Shown here: piece after piece, positions 36,483 through 46,139 of the stretch
Numbering within the stretch: position 1 is the stretch's first letter
How the letters are laid out: every line of letters begins with the position of its first letter
Notes under the pieces: model-generated
The model's database searches: none
Told to the model about the DNA's origin: nothing
What the model saw: only the letters and a program-made list of their open reading frames with translations
From: an uncultured Anaerolineae bacterium
GTDB lineage: Bacteria; Chloroflexota; Anaerolineae; Aggregatilineales; UBA3940
NCBI GenBank assembly: GCA_964439625.1
Contig: CAYTPI010000005.1
Location: forward strand, 32,637 to 96,636
Reading direction: 5' to 3'
Length of the DNA stretch: 64,000 bases
Program-made: the position numbers and the translations under genes

Positions 36483-38249
36483 ATGCAGTGGTACCGGATG
36501 GATTTGCATCTACACACACCAGCATCAAAAGATTATCAACAACCAGAAATTACCTATTTGGACATTCTGCAACAGGTAGAGCGTCGAGGCATCGATATTA
36601 TCGCATTTACTGATCACAATACCATTCGTGGCTTTCGCGAAATGTACGAAGAGATCGAAAAACTAGAATGGCTTGCTGGGTCAGGGCGCGTTAACCCCGA
36701 AGAAGAATATCGTCTTTCCGAATATCAGCGCCTTCTGAGAAAAATTCTTGTGCTACCGGGATTTGAATTTACAGCTACCTTCGGGTTTCATATCCTGGGT
36801 ATCTTCCCGAACGACCTCAAAATACGCTACATAGAACACATTTTGCTCGACTTGAACGTTCCGGCTGAAATGATCGATGACGGTGAAACCAATGTAGGTG
36901 CAACCGCTGATGTGTTAGCCGCTTATGAAGCCATTTATGATGGTGGCGGCATTACGATTGCTGCCCATGTGAACTCGAGCCACGGTGTTGCAATGCGGGG
37001 CATGAATTTTGGTGGACAAACTAGAATCGCCTACACTCAAGACCCGTCATTATTTGCGCTCGAAGTCACAGATTTAGATCGAAAAGGTCGGCGGACAACG
37101 CAGCGCTTTTTCGACGGATCAAAGCCTGAATACCCTCGTCCAATGCGCTGCATTCAAGGTTCGGATGCGCACCGCTTAGACCGCGATCCAAACAACAATA
37201 AGCATCTGGGTGTGGGCGAACGGGTGACGGAAGTCTTGCTGCCTGAATTATCCTTCAATGCCCTCTACGATTTATTCGCAGGCAAGGACTTGGCTCGCAC
37301 GAGACCATTCCGAGGCGGTACAGATGCACCTTACGACCACGTTCAGGCTGCTCGCCAAGAAGGCCCCTCAATTATTCGATCCTTTCACGAGAGTATGACC
37401 AAGCGCGGTGGCAAGTTGTATGCAATTTGCTCAGATATTTGTGCGTTCACAAATACCAATGGTGGAACTGTCTACGTTGGTGTTTCTGATGATAAACGTC
37501 GGAAGCCCTCAGGCCTAAAAGATATCAATAGCGCGGTGCCAACGCTGGAAAAAGAGATCGAACGCAGAATTACACCGCCTATCGATGTAAATGTGGATGT
37601 GCTTCAGACAGAAGGGGTGCCAATCGTTCGGATTCAGGTAGATAAAGGCACGAACCCCCCTTATGCGATTGATGACAGCAAAATCTATGTGCGAGACGAT
37701 ACAGAGACAAGCTTGGCTGTACGAGATGAAATCGTTCAATTGGTACTTGGTAATAACCAATTAGCTGTTGATGCAACTGCTTCACCAGTGGCTGAGGCAA
37801 ACGGGCACAGTGAGAAGAAGAAAAACGGTAACAAAAATCAGCAACCGGAGCGTAACCCAGCGACTGCATCAAATGGCTCTGGGCTTGCAACGCCACGAAC
37901 CGGTGTTGAGGTCATCGCAACTGAACGGCGTAATGATGTCCAGTACCATCACGTGCGCGATCTGCGAAATGGTAACATCGTTCAAAATGTAACGCGTCAG
38001 TCAGCGCGTAAGCTGTGGCACTATGCGATTATTCAGCAAGAAGAGAAAAAAAATAATCTGAATCAATTGGATTGGCATGGTGAAATTGCGCTGGTTAGTC
38101 AATATGACCGTGCAGGACGAACACGCTACGATGTTGCATGGAAGAAAGAGGGACGCACGCGTGTGTTTTACGGCGTCACAGAAGACGGTATTCAAGATAC
38201 AAGCCATAAGCCGTGGCGTGAACTGCTTGAGCTAGAAGACGAAGACTAA
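36483..38249 (+). CDS. PHP-domain phosphoesterase fused to an AlbA_2 (Schlafen-like) nucleic-acid-binding domain and an unassigned C-terminal domain
   Basis: From ATG 36483: [18 protein letters not shown]...AFTDHNT...FEFT...AAHVNSSHG...GSDAH is a PHP His/Asp ligand pattern. Mid-region [18 protein letters not shown]...[26 protein letters not shown] has the AlbA_2 pattern. Then a K/N-rich linker and a roughly 120-aa C-terminal domain. Confidence 0.6.
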   Translation: MQWYRMDLHLHTPASKDYQQPEITYLDILQQVERRGIDIIAFTDHNTIRGFREMYEEIEKLEWLAGSGRVNPEEEYRLSEYQRLLRKILVLPGFEFTATFGFHILGIFPNDLKIRYIEHILLDLNVPAEMIDDGETNVGATADVLAAYEAIYDGGGITIAAHVNSSHGVAMRGMNFGGQTRIAYTQDPSLFALEVTDLDRKGRRTTQRFFDGSKPEYPRPMRCIQGSDAHRLDRDPNNNKHLGVGERVTEVLLPELSFNALYDLFAGKDLARTRPFRGGTDAPYDHVQAARQEGPSIIRSFHESMTKRGGKLYAICSDICAFTNTNGGTVYVGVSDDKRRKPSGLKDINSAVPTLEKEIERRITPPIDVNVDVLQTEGVPIVRIQVDKGTNPPYAIDDSKIYVRDDTETSLAVRDEIVQLVLGNNQLAVDATASPVAEANGHSEKKKNGNKNQQPERNPATASNGSGLATPRTGVEVIATERRNDVQYHHVRDLRNGNIVQNVTRQSARKLWHYAIIQQEEKKNNLNQLDWHGEIALVSQYDRAGRTRYDVAWKKEGRTRVFYGVTEDGIQDTSHKPWRELLELEDED

Positions 38250-38265
38250 CGAATTCATTACCGAG

Positions 38266-38317
38266 ACAGCGAGGGACGGCCCAGCAGGCGGATGCCAGTA
38301 GGGCTGTCCCTCGCTGT
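38266..38317 (+). terminator. Strong intrinsic terminator after the PHP-AlbA_2 gene
   Basis: 17-bp stem (one G-U pair) ACAGCGAGGGACGGCCC/GGGCTGTCCCTCGCTGT with an 18-nt loop, followed by ATTCCATTATTGTTGATTT. Confidence 0.7.
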
Positions 38318-38366
38318 ATTCCATTATTGTTGATTTAATTCGCACGCGCTCGCTTGGCACTTAAAG

Positions 38367-40610
38367 GTGCTTCATGTGTCTAAATTGATTCTGATTAATC
38401 GAAATATTTCAAAAGGGTTTGGATTTCGCTTACTGCTGCTTGTCCTGCTTGCTTTTGGATTCCGCCTAGCGGTTTATCTCGGTCGGATAGCGAACGACCC
38501 GACTATCCAACGGATGGCGAGTGCCAGCGATATGGCAATTTATATTGAACAAGCCCGACGTCTGCTTGCAGGCACTTGGCCGACAGGTGCCTTTGGTTAC
38601 CAGCCTGGAAATAGTTTTTGGCTGGCCGGGTTGTTGACAATCACAGATGATAACCTCTACGGTGCCGTCGTTATCACGATGCTGCTGGGCGCGTTGAGCA
38701 TTGTGTTAATAGTGTATGCAACAGCCGTGCTAAGTGCCTCATACCGGATTGGGTTGCTTGCTGGCGTGCTTCTTGCATTCCATCCTGTAACAGCTTTCTA
38801 TGAGACGACACTTCTTATTGCCCCGGCTGCTGCCATATTTGCATCAGTCACGCTGCTATTTATGGCGCTGCTGCACCGAGACCAGCGTTGGTATTGGGCC
38901 GTTGCTGCTGGAATAGTAATCGGTATCTCAAGCTATTTCCGAACAACTATGGTAGCGCTTATCCCGGCTGCGATTGTGGCAATTTGGCTGGCCCCAACCT
39001 GTGAGATACTGCTTCGGAATTGGGCCAAACGACTGATCCTTTCCATTATTCTTGTTGTTAGTGTCGGCGCAGCGCTGGCTCCCGGAATTGCTTGGAACAG
39101 CTATCATTTAGAAGAGTTTAGTCTTCCAAATACTGTTGGCCCGTTAAACTTATATCGTGGAAATAATCGCGATGCGACGGGCATCAATGCCAATTCACAG
39201 GCCTACTATATTGAACATAGCCGTGGACAAGATTGGACAGAGGCTTTTGTACAAGACGTTCGCGCTGAGCCTGACCGTTGGTTCGGCCTCCTACTGCGAA
39301 AGTTCAGCCTATTCTGGCGTGATGGCGAAATTCCAAATATGTTCAACTTCTACGAGAACGGGCTGGCATCCGCCTATTTGCTTCGACTCACGCCACTGGG
39401 ATTTGGATTATTGGCATTTTTAGCATTTTTCGGCGTGATCCTAACATTACCTAAGCCACATCCCATCTGGATTCCATTCACCTATACGCTGACATATTCT
39501 CTCCTAACCGCTCTAATTCTTGTTGTAGGGCGTTACAGAATTCCCGTTATCCCAGCGTTAGCTATGGCGTCGGCGATGGCGATACAGGCCTTCTTCAGTC
39601 AAAAAAACCCAACAAAACTCAGTCTGAAGCTGTCAAGCGCAGTTGCAGTTGCTGTATGTGTTTTCTGGATTGGCAACATATTTCCGCGCCCACGCTTTCT
39701 GCCGTCTGCGCAGCTTCCGGAAGGCTACATTCCAACTGACTTAACCTTCGGTGACGATATAACGCTTCTCGGTTATCAACTGGAGTCAGACACCTTCTAT
39801 GAAGATGATTGGATGATAGCTACCCTGATTTGGCAGGCTAGTGAGACACCAGACAAAGACTATAGTGTTTTCCTGCATCTCATCGAAGATGATGGCGACC
39901 GCGTCGGTATGAAAGACCTTGTTATCGGTACGGTATCTTACCCGAGTACGCCGACGACTCAATGGCAGCCGGGTACTGTATTTATGGAAGAGGTTGCCAT
40001 TAACATTGGTGATGCGCGCCAAATTCCCGCTTCACCTACACTTTGGGTTGGCGTCTACGATAAGCAAACCCTTGTGCGCCTACCTATCTCTGACTCTGCT
40101 GGCAGCAACTTTGAAAACAACGCCGCGGCCCTTGGGGAATTCCGCGTTATTAGAGAGCAACTGCCTCCAGATACAGAACCGGTTGTACCAACAGATGTTG
40201 TCCTCGCGAATGCCGTCACGCTATATGGGTATACGCTTCAAAATGACGTATTATCTGCTGGTGAGGCAACTGAGTTGTCACTGTATTGGGACGTATCTGC
40301 CCAAATTCCCAATCAAGTTTCCATTCTGATTCATCTTGTCGATGAGGCTGGCCGTATTGTTGCTCAAGCTGATGGTGCACCACTAGGGGGACTCTTAAAT
40401 TCTCTGCTTTGGCGCCCAGGTGATCGCTGGCAAGATGACCATATGATAACCGTGCCACCAGATGTTGTACCCGGCGAATACCTTCTGTTGATTGGTATGT
40501 ATGACTGGCAGTCTGGCGAACGTCTGTCCATCACGCAGGATGGCGGCTTGCCCGCCTCTAACAATACGCTTCAGCTCCAAACCATTTCTGTGACGGGAGA
40601 CACCTCCTGA
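38367..40610 (+). CDS. GT-C fold membrane glycosyltransferase (GT39/ArnT-like) with two tandem C-terminal soluble modules
   Basis: 747 aa. Polytopic N-terminal roughly 440 aa. The C-terminus has two homologous modules (ITLLGYQL...LIWQASETPDKDYSVFLHLIEDDGDRV and VTLYGYTL...LYWDVSAQIPNQVSILIHLVDEAGRIV). Confidence 0.6.
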   Translation: MLHVSKLILINRNISKGFGFRLLLLVLLAFGFRLAVYLGRIANDPTIQRMASASDMAIYIEQARRLLAGTWPTGAFGYQPGNSFWLAGLLTITDDNLYGAVVITMLLGALSIVLIVYATAVLSASYRIGLLAGVLLAFHPVTAFYETTLLIAPAAAIFASVTLLFMALLHRDQRWYWAVAAGIVIGISSYFRTTMVALIPAAIVAIWLAPTCEILLRNWAKRLILSIILVVSVGAALAPGIAWNSYHLEEFSLPNTVGPLNLYRGNNRDATGINANSQAYYIEHSRGQDWTEAFVQDVRAEPDRWFGLLLRKFSLFWRDGEIPNMFNFYENGLASAYLLRLTPLGFGLLAFLAFFGVILTLPKPHPIWIPFTYTLTYSLLTALILVVGRYRIPVIPALAMASAMAIQAFFSQKNPTKLSLKLSSAVAVAVCVFWIGNIFPRPRFLPSAQLPEGYIPTDLTFGDDITLLGYQLESDTFYEDDWMIATLIWQASETPDKDYSVFLHLIEDDGDRVGMKDLVIGTVSYPSTPTTQWQPGTVFMEEVAINIGDARQIPASPTLWVGVYDKQTLVRLPISDSAGSNFENNAAALGEFRVIREQLPPDTEPVVPTDVVLANAVTLYGYTLQNDVLSAGEATELSLYWDVSAQIPNQVSILIHLVDEAGRIVAQADGAPLGGLLNSLLWRPGDRWQDDHMITVPPDVVPGEYLLLIGMYDWQSGERLSITQDGGLPASNNTLQLQTISVTGDTS

Positions 40611-40645
40611 TAGCCCGTTTCTTTAAGCTGGAAGAGAATCGAGAC

Positions 40646-42589
40646 TTGGCTGCTGTGCTCGCTATTATGTTAGTAGCCGCGTTTTTGCGTCTCGCATGGC
40701 CGGGCATTGCCGAATTCAAATTCGATGAAGCGACGGTTGTGCGGAGTGCGCTGCTCTTCACGCGTGAAGTCGATATCCCATCAGGTTTTCCATCCTCCAT
40801 TGCTGGTGTGGCGCAGCCACCATTTATGGCGTTTTTGTTGTCGCCGCCTTTTGCTATATCGCGTAATCCGGCAGTTGGTGTATTCTACCTCGGCCTACTC
40901 AGCACGGTTACGGTCTACCTGAGTTATGTTCTAGCCAAATTACTGTTTGATCTACGAATTGGTATCTTATCGGCCTCCTTTTTTGCCCTAGCGCCTTGGG
41001 TTGTCTTTTATACCCGTAAACTTTGGGCGCAGAATGTGCCACTGCTTACAGTCATTATGATGCTAAGTTTGGTTGCCGTTATCCGCTCGCAGCGTCGTCG
41101 TTGGATCATTGTAACCATGCTCGCACTTGGGGCATTAATAGGCTTGTACTTAGGCAATATTGTCTTGGTTGCTGTCGTGGGTGTTATTTTATTGATTCAT
41201 GCGCCGAACTTAATTGGAGAGCGCTTTCGTGAACTCGTTCTTTGGGCGGTAGCCGGATTGGCAATTGCTACTGTCTTTCTTTTACCATATTTAATCAATT
41301 CTATTCCCACTATTCTGGCGACAGTAACTGGTGTCAGTGGCGTGGAAGGGGGAGGCTTTCTGTTTTTCCGCCGCTTGACGGAACTTGCCAGATCGGCAAC
41401 AGGATATCAGTTTCATGCGCTAGTTGGAGAACAGTTTCCCGAATTCTACGATTTCCTCCCTGTTGGAGACTTGTCCATTTTTGACTTGGCTGCCACATGG
41501 CTGATCCGCTTGGGTATGGCGTATGTTCTCGTTCGGTCACTGGTCGAGTCAATCATGATGCGTCAACTAAGTACATCCTACGTCATACTGGCTGTCTGGC
41601 TGACGGTACCCCTTGTTGCTTGGTCTCTCTCTGGATTAGACCCACAACCGCATCGTTACATTATGGTTTACCCAGCCCAGCATATAGCTATGGCGGTACT
41701 CATCATTGACTTGATCGATTGGCTCTCCACCCAGCGGCAGTCTCTGCGCCCGGTACTATACACTGGTGTGGCGCTTTGGGTAACAGTACTCGGCGCTTGG
41801 CAAGTAATGGCGTATGTCGGTATGATGCGCTTCATCGATGAGGGTAACGCCCGGAGTGGTGGGTTTGATGTGCCTGCAAGAGTCGTTTGGGAAACAGCAG
41901 TCCAAGCGCGTGACCTAGCTGAAGATCAAGCTCTGCCGATTATCGTTTATAGTGATGGCGACGATCCTTTGACGGAAGGTGATGCTGCTGTCTGGACCTC
42001 TGTTCTGGGAGACCAAGCGTTGCATCTGGTAGATGGCGACTCGTTGACGGTGATGCCTGCCAGCGGTGACTATGTTGAGTTGACCAAGAACAACGACCGA
42101 ACGTTTACCGTTGAACAGCGTACTGCCGAGCGTGTGGATGCGGAGACCGAAATTGTGCGGTTTGTCAATGGCATCGACCTTTTAGAAGTTGAGGTTCCCG
42201 CTGGTAGGATACAACCCGGTGAAAACCTTGATCTAAGCCTTACTTGGCAAGTGTGGGGTATCCCGCCGACTACCGAAAACTATTCGTTCACAGTACAGTT
42301 ATTTACTGACGATGGCATCCGTTGGGGCCAATATGATCGTCAATTTATGCGAACAGAATACTGGCAACCATCTGATATTATTATGACAGAAGTTCCTTTG
42401 ACAGTTAGTGCAGATGCGCCTCTTTTGGATGGACAAACCGACAGTGGGCGCTTCTACCAGCTAGTAATAGCGATGTATGTATTTCAGCCGGGAGAATTAG
42501 GCCCTGGTGTAGATGTTCGCGACCAAGATGGCAACATTATCGGAACCTTCTTAATCCGTCCTTACACATCGTTTCAGGACGCCAATTAG
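40646..42589 (+). CDS. GT-C fold membrane glycosyltransferase (GT39/ArnT-like), paralogue of the upstream gene, with one C-terminal module
   Basis: 647 aa. First-loop FKFDEA motif. The C-terminal LTWQVWGIPPTTENYSFTVQLFTDDGIRW module is homologous to those in 38367-40610. Start is TTG 40646 or CTG 40628. Confidence 0.6.
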   Translation: MAAVLAIMLVAAFLRLAWPGIAEFKFDEATVVRSALLFTREVDIPSGFPSSIAGVAQPPFMAFLLSPPFAISRNPAVGVFYLGLLSTVTVYLSYVLAKLLFDLRIGILSASFFALAPWVVFYTRKLWAQNVPLLTVIMMLSLVAVIRSQRRRWIIVTMLALGALIGLYLGNIVLVAVVGVILLIHAPNLIGERFRELVLWAVAGLAIATVFLLPYLINSIPTILATVTGVSGVEGGGFLFFRRLTELARSATGYQFHALVGEQFPEFYDFLPVGDLSIFDLAATWLIRLGMAYVLVRSLVESIMMRQLSTSYVILAVWLTVPLVAWSLSGLDPQPHRYIMVYPAQHIAMAVLIIDLIDWLSTQRQSLRPVLYTGVALWVTVLGAWQVMAYVGMMRFIDEGNARSGGFDVPARVVWETAVQARDLAEDQALPIIVYSDGDDPLTEGDAAVWTSVLGDQALHLVDGDSLTVMPASGDYVELTKNNDRTFTVEQRTAERVDAETEIVRFVNGIDLLEVEVPAGRIQPGENLDLSLTWQVWGIPPTTENYSFTVQLFTDDGIRWGQYDRQFMRTEYWQPSDIIMTEVPLTVSADAPLLDGQTDSGRFYQLVIAMYVFQPGELGPGVDVRDQDGNIIGTFLIRPYTSFQDAN

Positions 42590-43074
42590 CGAATCAGGTG
42601 CAGGTAATCCTGTTCAATTGTTTCAGCGCCCATTTGGTGAATCATATAAAGAATTTGGGCACGGTGGTCTGTCCCATGGTTAACTAAGTGCATTAGTATC
42701 TTCCCGCGGTGTATTTGATACGCTGTGCCCTTTGTATTTCGGTACGTCAGTATCTCGTTTGCAACGTTATCATCAAGCATTGTTACGTACGCCGTAACTT
42801 GCTTCTCAATCTTATCCCACTTTGCGCGGATTGCGCTCCGTGTTGGGTAGGACTGTGGGGTAGGTAAAATCGCTGGTGAAATACCATCTCGAAGCCTCGT
42901 CAGCCAGACTTCTTCCGCACCCATCACATGAACAATTTGCCCATGGACGGATTTCCAAGCGTAGTCAAATTCTTGGATGAATTGTGCGTCACTGAGTTTT
43001 TCCACACACGCCCAAACCTGACGATGTGCCCAGTAGTTATATTGAAACATCTCAGTGAGCACGTCGGGGTGCAT
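42586..43074 (-). CDS. DinB-family protein
   Basis: About 162 aa from ATG 43074. N-terminal FQYNYWAHRQVW and C-terminal LVNHGTDHRAQI (His triad) are typical of the DinB/DUF664 four-helix bundle. Confidence 0.75.
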   Translation of the reverse strand: MHPDVLTEMFQYNYWAHRQVWACVEKLSDAQFIQEFDYAWKSVHGQIVHVMGAEEVWLTRLRDGISPAILPTPQSYPTRSAIRAKWDKIEKQVTAYVTMLDDNVANEILTYRNTKGTAYQIHRGKILMHLVNHGTDHRAQILYMIHQMGAETIEQDYLHLIR

Positions 43075-43178
43075 AGGGTCTTTGTCCTTCTGGTTTATTT
43101 GATAAAGAATATGCCGCTGCAACGATCTACTGCTGTGCTCCGTAAATATAAAAGAACACGATATCATGAGAGTAACCT

Positions 43179-43976
43179 ATGACTGAAAACCCTGAAAATA
43201 AAAATACCCCCAACCCCTATGCTTGGGGGGCAGAGCCGATCCGCGGTCTAAACTATGACTACCTAGAGATTGATAAACCGCCGGAATCAGCTCCGCAGCC
43301 TGTTATGCCGGAGACGCGCAATATTGAATATAGTTCAGAGCGCACGCAAGATTTTTACCAGCGTACCCGTGCTAAAATTGTGAATTGGGCGCAAAATGCT
43401 GGGGCAGGTAAAGACGTTACAAACTATATTTTGATTGTGCCAGACATTGTAGCCTTGATGGCCCGACTTATGCAGGATCCTCGAGTGGCTGCCAGCATCA
43501 AAGCTGAGATCGCAGCTGCGTCTGCTTATATCGTTATTCCTGTTGACTTGATGCCAGAAGCTATTATGGGGCCAGCTGGCTTGATCGACGATGCAATCGT
43601 AGGTATGTTTGCATTAAACCGGCTTGTCAAGGCAATGGGCACCGTCGGCGAGGACATTCTGCGGCAGTACTGGGATGGTGATGAAGATGTTGTTCTTGTG
43701 ATGAATCGCTTGCTAGAAAATGCCGATCAATTTGTTACTGGCAAAGTCTGGAACGGTATTAAGACGTTTATGTCTAATATTGCGCAAAATGCAGCCAACT
43801 CACCACGCAGTTCGGGGCCTATTATAGAAGGCTCGGCTCGGCCTATTTTGCCAAACAGTGGAGACGTTAATACCAATAGAGGTTGGCAGCAAAGTAGTGC
43901 TGAAGATAAGCCAGGAACGAGTTCATCTGGAACAAGTTCGCAGCCGAGGGGTTCTGGCCCACAATATGATCGTTAA
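43179..43976 (+). CDS. DUF1232 (YkvA-like) domain protein with disordered termini
   Basis: The central block YILIVPDIVALM...YIVIPVDLMPEAIMGPAGLIDDAIV matches the DUF1232 pattern. Ser/Gly/Pro-rich C-tail. Confidence 0.6.
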   Translation: MTENPENKNTPNPYAWGAEPIRGLNYDYLEIDKPPESAPQPVMPETRNIEYSSERTQDFYQRTRAKIVNWAQNAGAGKDVTNYILIVPDIVALMARLMQDPRVAASIKAEIAAASAYIVIPVDLMPEAIMGPAGLIDDAIVGMFALNRLVKAMGTVGEDILRQYWDGDEDVVLVMNRLLENADQFVTGKVWNGIKTFMSNIAQNAANSPRSSGPIIEGSARPILPNSGDVNTNRGWQQSSAEDKPGTSSSGTSSQPRGSGPQYDR

Positions 43977-43982
43977 ATGGGC

Positions 43983-44873
43983 TTAAAACGCCTCAGCAAA
44001 GAATGCGGTAAGGCGTTCTTCATACTCACCAGGTGCAGCGTACTGGTAACCGCCGTGCCCTGCACCCGGAACAATCCAAAGTTCAGTTGGCTCGCCAGCC
44101 GCTTCTAGTAATGCTTGGCTGACTCTTGGCGGTTCGAACTCTCCAAATATGAAGAATATTGCTCTCGGGCTAACATCGCCTACTTCGGCGTAGGGACGCA
44201 TCTCGTCTGCTTCAACGTCAAGCCGAGCTTGCACCATCCAATAGATTGTTTGGCGATAGATACGTTCGAGAGGGTTATGCGGTGGCGGGTCGCCTAGCAC
44301 ATCACTACGAAAGTCATCAAGTGCCCCCTGAATAATCACCGCTTCTATGCGATCATCGCGGGCTGCCGCCAGCATAAGCGCCGTGCCGCCTGCAGAAAAC
44401 CCCAGGCCGCCAATTTTTTCAACGTTTTCGCGCTCGGTGAGGTAATCAACAGCCCCTAGCATGTCGTTTGCCTCCAAAATACCCAGCCCCGATGGTATGT
44501 CTGTTTCACTACAGCTCCGGTGTTCTGCTAAAAAAATGCTATAGCCTGCATCGTAAAGGATTTGAGCGTCAGGTAGGGCAGCTTGCGTGTTGCTCCCGTA
44601 ACCCGGCTGTACAATGATCACAGTCTCAGGTTGGGTTGTCCCTCTGATGAACCATCCCCGTAGTGTTATCTCATCACGGGACTCAAACACTACTTCCTCA
44701 GAATCTGTTTCAGGTAAAGTTGCCAAGGTGCCACTGCAAGGAACATGAACCAACCAAGATGTGTGAATCCAGGCCAAGATGAAGTTGACGAAGAGCAGCC
44801 CAACCGCAAATGCAAGCACTGCAAAACCCGTTAGACGAGCCACACGCTTAAAATTAACTGTGGGCGCTACCAT
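43983..44873 (-). CDS. Membrane-anchored alpha/beta hydrolase
   Basis: N-terminal TM FAVLAFAVGLLFVNFILAWI and nucleophile elbow GLGFSAGG. The C-terminal ELWIVPGAGHGG...FFAEAF is paralogous to 63008-63922. ATG 44873 is preferred over 44954. Confidence 0.75.
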   Translation of the reverse strand: MVAPTVNFKRVARLTGFAVLAFAVGLLFVNFILAWIHTSWLVHVPCSGTLATLPETDSEEVVFESRDEITLRGWFIRGTTQPETVIIVQPGYGSNTQAALPDAQILYDAGYSIFLAEHRSCSETDIPSGLGILEANDMLGAVDYLTERENVEKIGGLGFSAGGTALMLAAARDDRIEAVIIQGALDDFRSDVLGDPPPHNPLERIYRQTIYWMVQARLDVEADEMRPYAEVGDVSPRAIFFIFGEFEPPRVSQALLEAAGEPTELWIVPGAGHGGYQYAAPGEYEERLTAFFAEAF

Positions 44874-46134
44874 AGGGGAAGTACCTCTGTGTGATGTGTT
44901 TGAGCCATTGTGTCGCCGGGAAGAGATCGCGGGCAAATTCGAGGCATAACGCAATAGTTATCAACGTGCGAATGATTATAACTAAGGCCAGAAAGGTTGG
45001 CGTGTCACCGAGCAGCACAAATGCGACGGGCCACTCTAGAATCGTCAAAATACTTATTCCCAAACCATAGAGTAGCCCACGCCAGCCAGGTAGTAGAATC
45101 AGTGCAAAGGCAGTCAAAAAGATAGACCACTGCGGACTGTAACCCCGACTATAAAGTAGAAAAATGCCAAACGTAATGGCAGTAAATGCCACCTGACTCC
45201 GTGGCTGCTTCCAGTCGATAGCACGCGTCCAGAGAAACAGTCCTATTGCGGCAAATATAAGGGTGATCAACCACCAAGGCAGCGTAGATGGCTCAGATGT
45301 AGCGAGTGCAGTAGTCGGGTCTGTTCGCTGGTCAAGCGGGGCGACAACACCGTATGAAGTGCTACCTTCCAGCAGGGCCCAGACTGTCTCCCATGAGCTG
45401 CGCGACTGCAATGTCCGAAAGAACGCTAACATATATTGCGGCGCTAGGAGTAAGAATGGAACAAGAATCGCAGCGATACTCAGGATTGTTGCACCTGTCA
45501 GCTTAGCTAAATCAGAGAGTCGTCCTCGAAACTGTTGTACTGCCGCGGGGAGAATCATTATTGGGAATAACTTGACTCCGAACCCTATGCCCGCCCCCAA
45601 GCCACCGATAATTGGACGGTTTGATACCATGCCATAGATTGCCATAATCATGAAAAACAGCACGAGGTTATCAAACCAGCCGAGGAACACAAACAGGGGC
45701 GTAAATAGAAGAGAATAGAACGTCGCACTTTCGACTGCTGTGCGTTCTGAATAGCCAAGGTGGAGCCCGACAGCATAGATCAGCCAGAGGGTGCCAGCCT
45801 CGAACGGAATCATCAACCAGCGCATGGCGTTATTAAACCAAAACAGTGACGTATCAGGACTTGAAACAGCATCGCTGATGAACTGGGATACGACCAACAA
45901 CCATGGAAATATAGGCGGATACTCCATCCAAAAATTAATGAAGGGTAATAAACCCTGTGACGCCATATTGCCGATTTCAACGTAAAAGAATTGGTCAGGG
46001 GCACTGGCAAGCAAATAGCCGCCGGGTCGTAAAAAGGCGACTGCGCCAATTAAAAAGACAGTACGCAGCAGCACAAGTTGTAAGATGCTGCGGTGTTTTA
46101 CATACCACAAGTTGTTCGCATGCTGATGGTTCAT
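44854..46134 (-). CDS. DUF2029/GT87-like polytopic membrane glycosyltransferase
   Basis: 426 aa with about 11 TM. The first-loop motif LLPFINFWMEYPPIFPW resembles the (Y/F)xDFxxEYPP motif of DUF2029 mannosyltransferase-like proteins. Confidence 0.55.
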   Translation of the reverse strand: MNHQHANNLWYVKHRSILQLVLLRTVFLIGAVAFLRPGGYLLASAPDQFFYVEIGNMASQGLLPFINFWMEYPPIFPWLLVVSQFISDAVSSPDTSLFWFNNAMRWLMIPFEAGTLWLIYAVGLHLGYSERTAVESATFYSLLFTPLFVFLGWFDNLVLFFMIMAIYGMVSNRPIIGGLGAGIGFGVKLFPIMILPAAVQQFRGRLSDLAKLTGATILSIAAILVPFLLLAPQYMLAFFRTLQSRSSWETVWALLEGSTSYGVVAPLDQRTDPTTALATSEPSTLPWWLITLIFAAIGLFLWTRAIDWKQPRSQVAFTAITFGIFLLYSRGYSPQWSIFLTAFALILLPGWRGLLYGLGISILTILEWPVAFVLLGDTPTFLALVIIIRTLITIALCLEFARDLFPATQWLKHITQRYFPYGSAHS

Positions 46135-46139
46135 AGTGA

